From an uncultured Gemmatimonadales bacterium (GTDB lineage: Bacteria; Gemmatimonadota; Gemmatimonadetes; Longimicrobiales; Longimicrobiaceae), in assembly GCA_963716255.1 (NCBI GenBank), contig OY970303.1, positions 224,001-288,000 of the forward strand: 64,000 nucleotides of DNA, written 5' to 3'. Position 1 is the stretch's first letter. Each line of letters opens with the position of its first letter. The translations under genes were made by a program, and so were the position numbers. The notes under the pieces are model-generated. The model was not told the origin of the DNA and made no database searches. It was given only the letters and a program-made list of their open reading frames with translations. Of the stretch, positions 39,558 to 53,041 are shown piece after piece.

Positions 39558-41876
39558 TCACGGCCGCCCTCCCGCGCCCAGCCGCCGGAAGTACTCGGCT
39601 GCGGCCGGGTCGGCGGTGGACGGCAGCGGGGCCGCCGCGGCGCCCGGGCCCGTGCCGGACCCCAGGAGCGCGCTTGCCTGCGCGAGGATCCGGCGCGCTT
39701 CGCCGGCCCTCCCCCGCCCCGCCGCCTCGGCCGCCCGCGCCAGCAGCGCGGCGGCGCGGGGGTCGGCGCCCGGCGCGGCGAGCGCCCGCTCGGCCAGCGC
39801 GGACAGCGCCAGCGCGGCGTCCCGCGGGGAAAGGGTGCGCAGGCGCTCCGCGGCCAGGTCGGCGTCGGCGAGGAGCGGCGCCGCGGAGGGCGCGGCGGGC
39901 CCGGGCGTGCGATTCTGCGGCGCGGCCTCGTCCAGCTTGCCGGTGCCGCGGGCGGCGGCCACGTCCACGGGGTCCACCCGCACGGTGCCGCGCACGTAGC
40001 GCCGCTCGCCCTCCTGCGCCTGCTTGATGAGCCGCAGCGCCTCGTACTGGTGCGGGAGCGCCGCGGCGGGCGCGCCCTGGTTCAGCTCGCGCTCGGCGGC
40101 CCACATGGCGTTGTAGATGGTGAGCAGCCGCTGGTCCACGCGGATCACGGGCGCTTCGTCGTGGCGGTGCGAGACCTCGTCCAGCGTTCCCCGCCCGGTG
40201 GCCTCGGAGGCTTCCTCCAGGACCTGCTCCGGGGTGCGCGCCTCCGCCTCCTCGCCGGCGTGCTCCTCGCCCTCGTGCGCGTGGGGGGTGCCGCCGGCGT
40301 CCTGGAAGCCCACCTGGGCGCCGGGGAGCTGCATGCCGCCGGTGCTGCGCTCGAAGATCTGCTCGCCCACGCGGTCGCGGAGGCGCCCCTGCTGGGCGCC
40401 GATGTCCTGCCCATCCCGCAGCACGGCCTCGCGGCCCAGGCGCGGGGCGCGGTCGCGCAGCCGCTCGGTCAGGAGGATCAGCATGCGCTGGCTGAGGACG
40501 GGGTCCTTTTCCACCTCGGGCGGGATGCCGACGATGGTGTTCACCTGGTCCAGCTCCTCGGGGCGGGCGATGCGGATCACGCGCGTCTGCGACACGCTCT
40601 CCCCCGGGCCGCCCACGTCGTTGCGGTCGCGGGCGACGGCGCGCAGGTGGATCATGTCGCCCGGCCGCAGCCCCATGGCGCCCAGGTCCAGCGCGTACTC
40701 GCCGGCGGCCGTCGCCCCATCGCGGGCGACGCGCGCCCAGGGCCACTCGCCCTCCTCGAACGTGTACGACTCGCCGCTCCCGCGCGAGCGGATCCACGTC
40801 AGCCGGAAGTCGCCCACGCCGAAGTCGTCGCTCGCGGTGGCGCGCAGCCGGACCACGCCGCTCGCGGAGGCGAGCACCAGGTCGCCGGCGGGCTCGCGCA
40901 GGGCGACGTCGGGCGGCTGGTCGGCGCGCGGGGTGATGGGGACGACGCGGCGGTCCACGACCTCGCCCGCGGCGACCGCTTCCAGCGCCAGCCCGCGGGC
41001 GCCCGCCTGGGTCCACGTCACGCTCCACTCGCCCCCGCCGCGCCGCACCGGGAGCGGCCCGCCGCCCACCAGCGACGCCCGCACGCCGGACCAGCGCCCC
41101 GGGAAGCGGCTGCGCAGCGAGACGCGCGTTCCCGGGAGGAGCGCCAGCCCCTCGGCGCCGCGGAGCTCGCGCTCGGGGAGCCCGGTGTAGGCGGGCGGTC
41201 GGACGCGCCAGCGGAGCTCGTCGAAGCCGGGGACGGGCGGCGGCGGCACCGCCGGCACCACCTGGGCGCGCGCCTCCTCCCACGCGGTCGGGTAGGCGTC
41301 GGCCGGGCTGCGCCAGCGCGCCCACGCCTCGCGCGCGGGGCCGGGAAAGGCCCCCGCGAGGAGGAGCGCGGCCAGCGCGGCGCCGCCCAGGAGCGCGCCG
41401 GGGCGGCGCAGGCGCGGCGGCACGACCTCGCGCGCGTCCACCTGGCGGACGCGCGCCGCGGCGTCCGCGTGGAAGGCGCGCAGCACGACGCCGTCCGGTC
41501 CCGCGCCGCCGTCCGCCGCGCCGAGGTCGAGCAGGGTCGCCAGCCGGTTGCCGAGCGCGGGGACGCGCTCCTCCGCCAGCAGCGCGAGCCGCCGGTCGCC
41601 CGGGGGATGCGACGCGCGCCACGCCGCCCGCCCGAGCACGCCCGCCGCGAGCAGCAACGGCGCCCAGCGGAGGATCTCGCGCGCCCCGGCCGGCAGCGGC
41701 CACAGCAGGTCGAGCGCGACGAGCGCGAGCGCCGCGAGCCCCCCCAGCGCGGGCGCGAGCAGCAGCGCGCGCGCCAGAACGGCGCCGCGCCAGCGCGCGC
41801 GCACCCGCCGGAGCAGCGTGCGTGCGGCGGAATCCGCGCCCGCGCCGACGGTCCGCGGCTCGATCACCGTGCTCAC
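39558..41876 (-). CDS. DUF4175-like membrane protein
   Basis: TM segments, LGNRLAT, V.PPAYTG, DQPPDV, ASDDFGV, ARDRND; translationally coupled. Confidence 0.75.
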   Translation of the reverse strand: MSTVIEPRTVGAGADSAARTLLRRVRARWRGAVLARALLLAPALGGLAALALVALDLLWPLPAGAREILRWAPLLLAAGVLGRAAWRASHPPGDRRLALLAEERVPALGNRLATLLDLGAADGGAGPDGVVLRAFHADAAARVRQVDAREVVPPRLRRPGALLGGAALAALLLAGAFPGPAREAWARWRSPADAYPTAWEEARAQVVPAVPPPPVPGFDELRWRVRPPAYTGLPERELRGAEGLALLPGTRVSLRSRFPGRWSGVRASLVGGGPLPVRRGGGEWSVTWTQAGARGLALEAVAAGEVVDRRVVPITPRADQPPDVALREPAGDLVLASASGVVRLRATASDDFGVGDFRLTWIRSRGSGESYTFEEGEWPWARVARDGATAAGEYALDLGAMGLRPGDMIHLRAVARDRNDVGGPGESVSQTRVIRIARPEELDQVNTIVGIPPEVEKDPVLSQRMLILLTERLRDRAPRLGREAVLRDGQDIGAQQGRLRDRVGEQIFERSTGGMQLPGAQVGFQDAGGTPHAHEGEEHAGEEAEARTPEQVLEEASEATGRGTLDEVSHRHDEAPVIRVDQRLLTIYNAMWAAERELNQGAPAAALPHQYEALRLIKQAQEGERRYVRGTVRVDPVDVAAARGTGKLDEAAPQNRTPGPAAPSAAPLLADADLAAERLRTLSPRDAALALSALAERALAAPGADPRAAALLARAAEAAGRGRAGEARRILAQASALLGSGTGPGAAAAPLPSTADPAAAEYFRRLGAGGRP

Positions 41877-43288
41877 GCCGCCCTCCTCCGTCCTTGGGCC
41901 AGGACCGTTTCCACCAGGGCGACGAGGAGCGCCGCCCCCAGCACCCACCGGGCGAGCGGGATCCCGCCGCCCGCCGCCCCCGGCGCCGCCACGGCCACCC
42001 TGTCGCCGGCGCCCGCGCCGCGCAGCATCGCGCGCGCGCCCTCGTCCAGCGGAGCGGACCCGCCCCCGCCGGTCCGCGCTTCCTCGCAGCCGCGCGCGAG
42101 CCGGTCCACCGCGCGTGGAAAGGCCGCCGAGAGCGGCAGCGACCCAGCCTCCAGCTCCGCCGCGACGTACACGACGCACCCCCGGCCGGCGCGGAACGCG
42201 GCCGCCGCCGCCCGCCCGTCCGCCCACGCCGCGAGCAGCCGGGCGCCGCGCGCCGGCCCGCCCGGGAAGCGGCGCGCCGCGCCGTCCAGCCGCGTCCCGT
42301 CGTCCAGCACCAGGCTGCCTCCTCCGCTCGGATTCTCCCCGTCCGCGTCGGCCGACACCCAGGGCAGCACGTCCGCCCCCCCGACCGACGCCGCCCCGGA
42401 GACGACCACGGTCGCGCCGGCGCCCGCGGCCGCGCGCACCCGCGATGCCGCCGTGCCGTCGACCGGACCGAGCAGGAAGTAGACGGAGGCGGAGTCCGCC
42501 GCGCCCCCCACGATCCACCCCGTCGCCCCGAGCGCCGCGGCGACGTACCCGCCGTGCCCGGGCGCCGCCAGCACCGATGCCTTCCGGCCGCCCACGTCCG
42601 CGGCCAGCGCCGGCGAGGCGGAAGGCGGCGCGGCGGACGGCAGCCCGGGGAGGCGGATCGCGCCCGGCCAGGCGGCGCGGCGCACGGCGGCCAGCCCCGG
42701 CCGCCACCCGTCCCAGCGGAGCGAGGCAAGCAGCGTCACCCGCACCGAGTCCGCGCCGCCCAGTCCCCGCGCGGCGGACGGCACGGCGCGCAGCGCAGCC
42801 ACGTAGTCCGGCGGGGACCGGCCGGGCCCCGCCGCCGCGAGCGAGTCGAAGAGCGCAGCCGTCACTTCGCCCCGCGCCATCGGCACCGCCGCCGAGTCGA
42901 AGAGCACCAGCGCGCCCCGCGCCGCGCCGTCGGGACCCAGGAGCGCCCGCCGCGCCTCCGCCACGGCGGCCTCCCACGCCCGCCCGTCCATCGCCGCGCT
43001 GCGGTCCAGCAGCACCAGCTCCGCCGTCCCCCGCTGCCGCGGGAGCCACGCCGGCCCCGCCGCGGCCGCGCCCACCAGCGCCAGCAGCAGCATGCGCAGC
43101 GCCAGCAGGAGCAGGTCCGTGGGCCGGCGCCGCAGGCGGAGGGCGGTCCGCGCGTCCGGCGCGAGGAAGCGCGCCGTGGGGAGCGCGCTCCGCTCCGGCG
43201 GCCTGCGCGCGATCAGGTGGAGCAACAGCGGCACCAGCGCCGCCAGGAGACCGGCCGCGAGCAGCGCCGGGCGCGCGAGCTGGAGCAC
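41873..43288 (-). CDS. BatA domain-containing protein
   Basis: LAALVPLLLHLI, LLLALRML, LLDRSAAM. Confidence 0.85.
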   Translation of the reverse strand: MLQLARPALLAAGLLAALVPLLLHLIARRPPERSALPTARFLAPDARTALRLRRRPTDLLLLALRMLLLALVGAAAAGPAWLPRQRGTAELVLLDRSAAMDGRAWEAAVAEARRALLGPDGAARGALVLFDSAAVPMARGEVTAALFDSLAAAGPGRSPPDYVAALRAVPSAARGLGGADSVRVTLLASLRWDGWRPGLAAVRRAAWPGAIRLPGLPSAAPPSASPALAADVGGRKASVLAAPGHGGYVAAALGATGWIVGGAADSASVYFLLGPVDGTAASRVRAAAGAGATVVVSGAASVGGADVLPWVSADADGENPSGGGSLVLDDGTRLDGAARRFPGGPARGARLLAAWADGRAAAAAFRAGRGCVVYVAAELEAGSLPLSAAFPRAVDRLARGCEEARTGGGGSAPLDEGARAMLRGAGAGDRVAVAAPGAAGGGIPLARWVLGAALLVALVETVLAQGRRRAA

Positions 43289-43291
43289 CGG

Positions 43292-44197
43292 CTACCTCCT
43301 CCGCGAGCGCGCCCAGCGGATCAGCCCGCGCTCCACCGGCTCCGCCGTGGAAAGCGCCACGTACTCCGCCCCGCGCCCGCGCAGCCGCTCCGCCAGCGCG
43401 TCGTACCAGGCGCGCACCCGCTCCGCGTAGCCCGGGTCCGCGGCGGGCGCCGCGGCGATCCCCGGCCCCGGCCGCTCCGGGTCGTAGAAGCGCCCCGGCC
43501 CCGGCGCGCGCGTCCCCTCCTCCGCCGGCGTGAGCACCCGGAAGACGATCACCTCGTCCCCCCGCGCCCGCAGCCGCCCCGCGGCGGCCACCGTCGCCTC
43601 CGCGTCGCCCTCCTCCAGCAGGTCCGAGACGAGCACCACCCGCCCCGGCCGCCGCAGCCGCTCCCCGGCCCGGTCCAGCGCCGCCGCCGCCGTGGCGCCG
43701 CCCTCCGCGCGCAGCCTCTCCAGCCGCAGCAGCAGGTCGTGCAGCTGCCCCCGGCGCGAGCGGGGCGGCAGCGCCAGCTCCGCCCCCGTCCCGAAGGTGG
43801 CCAGCCCCACCGCGTCCCCCGCGCCCAGCATCAGGTGCGCCATTGCCGCGGCCACGTACGCCGCGTAGCGCAGCTTGGGGACGCCGCCCGGCTCCGCGTA
43901 GCCCATGGAGGCCGTCGCGTCCACCACCAGCACCGCGCTCAGGTTGGAGCGTTCGCGGAACTCCCGCACGTACAGACGGTCCGTGCGCCCGTACACCTTC
44001 CAGTCCAGCCAGCGCACGTCGTCGCCCTGCTGGTACTCGCGGTGCCGCGCGAACTCCTCCCCCGCCCCGTGGTTGGGCGAGCGGTGGATCCCCGCCACGA
44101 AGCCCTGCGCCACGGTGCGCGCGACCACGTCCAGGCCGCCCAGCCGCTCCAGCAGGCCGGGAGGAAGAAAGTGGGTCTGCGGCGTGGTGTCGGGCAT
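43292..44197 (-). CDS. DUF58 (VWA-like) protein
   Basis: GIHRS, EFARHREYQQGDDVRWLDWK, DATASM, LVSDL. Confidence 0.92.
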   Translation of the reverse strand: MPDTTPQTHFLPPGLLERLGGLDVVARTVAQGFVAGIHRSPNHGAGEEFARHREYQQGDDVRWLDWKVYGRTDRLYVREFRERSNLSAVLVVDATASMGYAEPGGVPKLRYAAYVAAAMAHLMLGAGDAVGLATFGTGAELALPPRSRRGQLHDLLLRLERLRAEGGATAAAALDRAGERLRRPGRVVLVSDLLEEGDAEATVAAAGRLRARGDEVIVFRVLTPAEEGTRAPGPGRFYDPERPGPGIAAAPAADPGYAERVRAWYDALAERLRGRGAEYVALSTAEPVERGLIRWARSRRR

Positions 44198-44229
44198 CTG
44201 GTATGAAAGGATGAAAAGAGCTCGGGTTC

Positions 44230-44360
44230 GGGCGTGCCCCCGGCTTGCGCCGGGGTCGGGCTTCGGCTCCGTAGAGCAGCAAACAACGCTGCTCAACGGA
44301 GTCGAGCCCCCGCGAAACTGCCCGCGGGGTCTCGCCCCTTCGGGCCGAAATCCCTCACGC
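44230..44360 (+). repeat. Repeat family A copy 7
   Basis: Inner stem gagcagc/gctgctc. Confidence 0.95.
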
Positions 44361-44458
44361 GGGGCATCGCGCTGGCGTCCGCGGGTTACCCCCGCCGTTG
44401 CCGTGCCGTTCTCCCCTCCCCCTTGCGGGGAGGGGCCGGGGGAGGGGGTCGCCGTCGC

Positions 44459-45460
44459 CTACAGTCCGCTCCGCGGCGGAGCCACCGCTTCCAGCAGCCT
44501 CGCCACCAGCGCGTCCGGCGTCACGCCCTCCGCCTCGGCGCTGAAGTTCACCAGGACGCGGTGGCGCAGCACGGGGGCGGCGACGCGGCGCACGTCGTCG
44601 GGGGTCACGTGGAAGCGGCCGGCGAGCAGCGCGCGGGCCTTGGCGCACAGCACCAGCGCCTGCCCCGCGCGCGGGCCGGCGCCCCAGCGCACCCAGCGGG
44701 CGACCTCGTCCGGAGCGCCGGGCGTCCCCGGGCGCGTGGCGCGCACCAGGCGGGCCGCGTACTCCAGGACGTTGCCCGCCACCGGCACCTCGCGCACCCG
44801 GCGCTGAAGCAGGAGCACCCGCTCCGCGTCCAGCACCCGCTCCACCGGCGGCTCCGCCGTGCCCGTGGTGGAGCGCAGGATCTCCACCTCCTCCGCCTCG
44901 CTGGGGTAGTCCAGGCGCACGTCCAGCATGAAGCGGTCGAGCTGCGCCTCCGGGAGCGGGTACGTCCCCTCCTGCTCCAGCGGGTTCTGCGTGGCCAGCA
45001 CGAAGAACGGGCGGGGGAGGAGCAGGTCCTCTCCCGCCACCGTCACCCGCCCCTCCTGCATCGCCTCCAGCAGCGCCGCCTGCGTCTTGGGCGGGGTGCG
45101 GTTGATCTCGTCCGCCAGCAGCACCTGCGTGAACACCGGGCCGCGCAGGAAGCGCGCGGCCCGGCGGCCGGTGGAGCGGTCCTCCTCGATCACCTCCGTC
45201 CCCGTGATGTCCGAGGGCATCAGGTCCGGCGTGAACTGCACCCGCCGGAACTCCAGCTCCAGCGCCTCCGCCAGCGTGCGCACCAGGAGCGTCTTGGCGA
45301 GCCCCGGCACCCCCACCAGCAGCGCGTGCCCCCCCGCCAGCAGGCACAGCAGCACCTCCTCCAGAGCCGCCTCCTGCCCCACGATGCGGCGGCGCACCTG
45401 CTCCCGGAGCGCCGCGGCGTGCGCGACCAGCGATTCGATCTCCCCTTCGGCGGTGGCCAG
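44459..45460 (-). CDS. moxR: MoxR family AAA+ ATPase
   Basis: [40 protein letters not shown]; start uncertain (CTG 45460 or ATG 45532). Confidence 0.93.
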   Translation of the reverse strand: MATAEGEIESLVAHAAALREQVRRRIVGQEAALEEVLLCLLAGGHALLVGVPGLAKTLLVRTLAEALELEFRRVQFTPDLMPSDITGTEVIEEDRSTGRRAARFLRGPVFTQVLLADEINRTPPKTQAALLEAMQEGRVTVAGEDLLLPRPFFVLATQNPLEQEGTYPLPEAQLDRFMLDVRLDYPSEAEEVEILRSTTGTAEPPVERVLDAERVLLLQRRVREVPVAGNVLEYAARLVRATRPGTPGAPDEVARWVRWGAGPRAGQALVLCAKARALLAGRFHVTPDDVRRVAAPVLRHRVLVNFSAEAEGVTPDALVARLLEAVAPPRSGL

Positions 45461-45682
45461 GACTCCCCCCTCGTGGCTGCGGGCGTGGCGCGCTCCGGCG
45501 CGGAAAAAAACGCGAATGGATTGGGTAATCATACCCTTGCCCGCGCCCCCCGCGAAAGGCGTGTTTACCCCCGGGTCGCGCGCCGGTCCACGCCCCATGG
45601 ATTCGCCGCGCGCCCGGCATTATACTCCCCGTACTCACCCGAGCACCGGTGGGACCGTCCGTCTCCCGCACGCCCTCGCCCC

Positions 45683-47080
45683 ATGTCCCGCTCCGGAAGC
45701 GCCCTGCGGCTCCTCGGCCTCGCGGCGGCCCTCGTCCTCCTCGCGACCGCCCCCGGGTGCGCCGGCTCCGCGCTGCGCCCCGCGTCCGCCCCGGGCGGAG
45801 GCCCGGAAACGGCCGCCGACCGCGAGCGCGCCTTCTGGAACGCCGTGAGCGAGCTGGAGCTGGTGCGCGCCACCCGCATCGCCCCGGACGCCGAGCACGC
45901 CGAGTTCGCGCGCGGGATGCGGCTGGTGCTGGACGGGCGGATGGAGCAGGCAGAAGCGCGCTTCGAGCCGCTCGCAGGCGCCGCCACCAACTCGCTGGTG
46001 CGCGTGGCCTCGCGCATCGCCCTGTCCAGCGTCTTCGGCTACGGCGGGCGCTGGCAGGCGCTCCACGACCTGTCGGCCGGCCTGCCGCTGCGCGCCTCCT
46101 CCGCCGCGCGCGGGCGCGCCGGCATCGACGCCTGGTCCGCCGCCATGCGCATGGCCCCCGAGGCGCAGTACCGCATCTCCGCCGTCCCCGGCGCGCTCCC
46201 CTTCGACGTCACCGGCACCGGCACGCCGCTGGTCCCCGTGCACGTCAACGGCCGCGTCCGCTACTTCTGGCTGGACACCGGCACCAGCGTCACCCTGATC
46301 GCCTCCGACGTCGCCGCCGAGGCCGGGATGCGGCCGCTCACCGGCGACACCCTGGAGATCGTCACCACCGTGGGGCGCATCACCGCGCTCCCCGCCGTGG
46401 TCCAGGAGCTCCGGCTGGGTCCCCTGTTCGCCACCGGGCACGCCGCCGCCATCGTCCCCGCGCGCGAGCTGACCATCGTGGAGCGGATGGAGGGCGGGCT
46501 CCAGGAGCGGGTCAAGATCGACGGCGTCATCGGCATGGACCTGCTGCGGCAGCTCAACGTCATCATCGACTTCCCCACCGGCGTCGCCATCCTGGGGCGC
46601 CCCCGCGCCGACCCCGAGGGCCGGACGCGCCGCAACCTCTTCTGGCTGGGCTACCCCGTCGTCCGCGCCGAGGGGCCGCGCGGCACCACGCTGTACTTCG
46701 GGCTGGACACCGGGGCCGATTCCACCTTCGTCACCCGCAATCTGCTCCGCAAGCTCCCCAGCCGGCTCCTCGCGAAGCGCACCCGCTACCTGTCCGGCTT
46801 CGGCGGCGACACCACCGTCCGCACGCCCATCCTGTCCGGGCTCACGCTGCGCGCCGCGGGCAAGAGCTTCAACCTGCGCGACGTCACCGTGCACGACAAC
46901 CGGCGCCTCATGCTGTTCGAGCTGGACGGCATCCTGGCAGCCGACCTGGGCGCCGGGCACCGGGTGCGCATCGACATGACCAACGGCATCTTCGAGATCG
47001 GCACTCCCGTGAGCGATCCGCGCGCCCGGGAGCGCCGCGCCGCCGATCCCGTTTCGGGCGGGGTTTCCGATCCTTCCTAG
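45683..47080 (+). CDS. Lipoprotein with two retropepsin-like aspartyl protease domains
   Basis: FWLDTGT..DGVIGMD and FGLDTGA..DGIL; signal peptide ending APGC. Confidence 0.85.
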   Translation: MSRSGSALRLLGLAAALVLLATAPGCAGSALRPASAPGGGPETAADRERAFWNAVSELELVRATRIAPDAEHAEFARGMRLVLDGRMEQAEARFEPLAGAATNSLVRVASRIALSSVFGYGGRWQALHDLSAGLPLRASSAARGRAGIDAWSAAMRMAPEAQYRISAVPGALPFDVTGTGTPLVPVHVNGRVRYFWLDTGTSVTLIASDVAAEAGMRPLTGDTLEIVTTVGRITALPAVVQELRLGPLFATGHAAAIVPARELTIVERMEGGLQERVKIDGVIGMDLLRQLNVIIDFPTGVAILGRPRADPEGRTRRNLFWLGYPVVRAEGPRGTTLYFGLDTGADSTFVTRNLLRKLPSRLLAKRTRYLSGFGGDTTVRTPILSGLTLRAAGKSFNLRDVTVHDNRRLMLFELDGILAADLGAGHRVRIDMTNGIFEIGTPVSDPRARERRAADPVSGGVSDPS

Positions 47081-47117
47081 TTTTCTTACGGATTACGGCA
47101 CGGATTGCGGCGGGTTC

Positions 47118-47246
47118 GGGCGTGCCCCCGGCTGGCGCCGGGGTCGGGCTTCGGCTCCGTAACGCACGAAACAACCGTGCGTAACGGAGTCGAGCCCGCG
47201 CAAACAGCCCCGCGGTCTCGCCCCTTCGGGCCGAAATCCCTCACGC
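47118..47246 (+). repeat. Repeat family A copy 8
   Basis: Inner stem acgcacg/cgtgcgt. Confidence 0.95.
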
Positions 47247-47291
47247 GGGATCGCGCTGGAGTCCGCGGGCCTCGAGCTCGTCGCCTCTGCG

Positions 47292-47483
47292 TCAGCGGCC
47301 GATCTCGGGGAGCCCCAGGCCACGGCAGATCTTTCTCGCGAGCAGGTCCGGAACCTCCGAGTGGCGGGGGACAGCCTCGACCGCGCCTGTCGCCGGGTTG
47401 CACCAGGGCGAGTGCGCATCGCCCTCCCGCTTCAGGTAACCGCCGCTGATCCGCAGGTAGCGAAGGAGAGCGCCGCGCTTCAT
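47292..47483 (-). CDS. hicA: HicA family toxin
   Basis: MKR..LLRYL..G..LKREG.AHS.W.NP...VPRH.E..LARKICR.L. Confidence 0.85.
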   Translation of the reverse strand: MKRGALLRYLRISGGYLKREGDAHSPWCNPATGAVEAVPRHSEVPDLLARKICRGLGLPEIGR

Positions 47484-47695
47484 CCGATCTTGACCACCGA
47501 CCGGATCGCGTCCGCAGGGACGCCGCGGAGTGCGTCCTCGCGCCGGTCCTCCAGGACCAGTTCGATCGCGGAAGCCAGGCTGTCCAGGGATTCCTCGCGG
47601 GTCCGCCCCTGCCCGTTCGCCCCTGGAATCTCCGGGCACCAGGCCACGAACCAGTCGTCGTCACGCTCGATCACCGCGGTGAACTCGTTGTGCAT
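47480..47695 (-). CDS. hicB: HicB family antitoxin (short form)
   Basis: FTAVIERDDDWFVAWCPEIPGANGQGRTREE; GGAGG RBS. Confidence 0.9.
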   Translation of the reverse strand: MHNEFTAVIERDDDWFVAWCPEIPGANGQGRTREESLDSLASAIELVLEDRREDALRGVPADAIRSVVKIG

Positions 47696-47789
47696 CTCCC
47701 CTCCCGCGTAGGTTATCCGCTCCGCCTGGTTCCAATCAGGGATGCAAGGCGAGTTCCCGTCACCTGCCAGCCGCTCTTCCGCCAGAGCG

Positions 47790-47952
47790 TCCGCCGCAGA
47801 CGCACGGCGCGAACACCACGGTCGCAAGGTCGTGGACCCGGTCCGGCTCCACGGCTTCAGCGCCGAACGCCGCCGCCAGCCACCATGCCCGCTCCCCGGA
47901 GGAGCCGCGCCAGGTTCCACCCCACATTACCGCACCCCTGCACCGCCACCCT
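47790..47952 (-). pseudogene. Relic of a Leu/Phe/Val dehydrogenase NAD-binding domain
   Basis: RVAVQGCGNVGWNLARLLRGAG, then a frameshift into AAAFGAEAVEPDRVHDLATVVFAPC. Confidence 0.65.
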
Positions 47953-48142
47953 GAGCTCCGATCACTCGGCGCGGCCCGGGGGCCTGCGAAAACAATCTAC
48001 TTGCATCGTGCATGCAGGACACCCGCAGGCCGGCACGGACAGAGTTGTCCCTATTGACTCTCGCTATACCTGACCGCTAACATGCGGGTCCGCCTCCGCG
48101 ACCGTGGGGCGGGACTGGCAAACCTTCTCTCCGGGGGACACC

Positions 48143-48358
48143 ATGAGCCTTTCGTTCACCACGCTGCGCCGGGTCCTGCTCGGCACCTCCTGCGCGATCG
48201 TGTTCGGGTTCGGCGGCGCCGAGCTGCTCGCCAAGCCCGCGCCCGCCGCGGCCCCCCCGGTCTGCCAGTCCGGCTACCGGCTGTGCAAGAACTGCTTTAA
48301 CCAGTGGTACTGCGCCGTGGACACCGGCTCCTGCCCCATCTGCGAGCTGAACAAGTAG
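48143..48358 (+). CDS. Secreted Cys-rich mini-protein, 71 aa
   Basis: GGGGGA RBS; hydrophobic leader; mature region CQSGYRLCKNCFNQWYCAVDTGSCPIC; own terminator. Confidence 0.75.
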   Translation: MSLSFTTLRRVLLGTSCAIVFGFGGAELLAKPAPAAAPPVCQSGYRLCKNCFNQWYCAVDTGSCPICELNK

Positions 48359-48389
48359 GCGCGACGGAGCCAAGCGACCGGCCCGCACG

Positions 48390-48432
48390 CACGAAGCGGC
48401 TCCCCGATCCGGGGAGCCGCTTCGTGTTTTTT
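48390..48432 (+). terminator. Intrinsic terminator
   Basis: cacgaagcggctcccc/ggggagccgcttcgtg stem followed by a T run. Confidence 0.8.
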
Positions 48433-48450
48433 CCCGAGCTGACGGCGCGC

Positions 48451-48486
48451 CGGAGCCCGACCCGAGCGCCAGCGAGGGGCACGCCC
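48451..48486 (-). repeat. Diverged 5' fragment of family A
   Basis: gggcgtgcccctcgctggcgctcgggtcgggctccg. Confidence 0.65.
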
Positions 48487-48504
48487 AACCCCGCAGTGTG
48501 CAGT

Positions 48505-51762
<3,258 letters not shown>

Positions 51763-52169
51763 CTATCGGTACCGTCGGGGCGCGGGTGTCTCGGGCGCGT
51801 GCGCGTGCGCCGGTCCCTCCCGTTTGGGGGAGGGGCCGGCGCGGATCGGTCGGTCAGTTGTCGTCGGGGCGGGAATATAGGCGACGGGCGGGCGGGGGGA
51901 AAGGCTGGGGACGGCGCTCCGGCATACGGTGCATTCCGGTCGCACCCGTCGCCCCACGGTACGCCATCCCGGCGAGGCGCCGCACGCATGCGGAGGCGGC
52001 ACCGCGCCTCGGCGGACGCGGGGAACCTTGACTTTGCGTCCGTCGGAGCCCTACCTGCAGCATAGCCCCGCTCGCGGGCACGGGGCGGGCGAGGAACCGC
52101 ACCCGAGCGTATGAGCTGCGCGGCCGCCGACGGGTCCGCGCCCTTCCATCCAGAGCCAGGAGGTGTGCC

Positions 52170-52709
52170 GTGACGGACGCAGAAGGAGCGGGAGCGGGCG
52201 AGGCCGTGGACGTGGATGCCTACGAGCGCGAGATGATGGGCCGGTTCGATGCCGAGATGTCGGCGATGACGGAGCAGGGACGCCGCTTCCAGCAGCAGTT
52301 CGACGCCATGATGGCGGCGTGGCAGCCCGTCCCGCCGCAGATGTTCTCGCAGTACGCGGATGGGCTGGAGCGCTGGATCGCGCACCACCGAAACGGGGCA
52401 GGCCCCGCGGCCGAGTGGCTGGAGCGCGCGGGACGCCCCGCGCTGGGCCAGCGCCTGGCGGCCGTGGTCGACGACCTGGGCAAGGCGGTCGCGGGGTACC
52501 GTCAGATGGCCGGACAGCAGGTGGCGCACATGAACGGCCTCGGCCAGATCCAGACCAACATGTACAGCCAGCAGCTGGCGGGCCAGCAGGAGATCGGCCA
52601 GATCCGGGCCGGCACGAACCGGGAGATCAACGAGATGTGGGCGGCGGGCCAGGCCGAGAGGACGGCGTCGTTCGAGCGGCAGAACGCCCTGTTCCGCCGC
52701 ACGCTCTGA
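52170..52709 (+). CDS. Hypothetical Gln/Met-rich helical protein
   Basis: GGAGG RBS before GTG; host-like codon usage. Confidence 0.65.
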   Translation: MTDAEGAGAGEAVDVDAYEREMMGRFDAEMSAMTEQGRRFQQQFDAMMAAWQPVPPQMFSQYADGLERWIAHHRNGAGPAAEWLERAGRPALGQRLAAVVDDLGKAVAGYRQMAGQQVAHMNGLGQIQTNMYSQQLAGQQEIGQIRAGTNREINEMWAAGQAERTASFERQNALFRRTL

Positions 52710-52891
52710 CGGCAGTCGGCGGCGGCTCGGGGCTGCGCAGGAAGAGCGGGCAACGGCACGGTCTCCACGACGGACAGCACCCGTGCAGCACCTGCGGCCG
52801 CCGGTGGTGAAAACGGGCTGCCGGCGGCGCCTGCGCGGGAGCTGCCGGCAGCGACGACGAGCGGGGCGTCTCCAGTACGGGGGCGCCCCGC

Positions 52892-53041
52892 TTCGTCAAA
52901 GCCTACGAGGAGGCGTTCCGGGCCGTGGGATTCCGCTCGTGGAGGACCGAGCCCTACCTGATCCCCCAGCGGTACGGCGAGGGCTTCTGGGACGAGTACG
53001 CCGCCGTGCCGTCGGTGGTCCACATCGTCTGCGAGAAATAG
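52892..53041 (+). pseudogene. C-terminal gene fragment, possibly of a SAM methyltransferase
   Basis: FVKAYEEAFRAVGFRSW...YGEGFWDEY..PSVVHIVCEK* with no intact 5' part. Confidence 0.35.
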
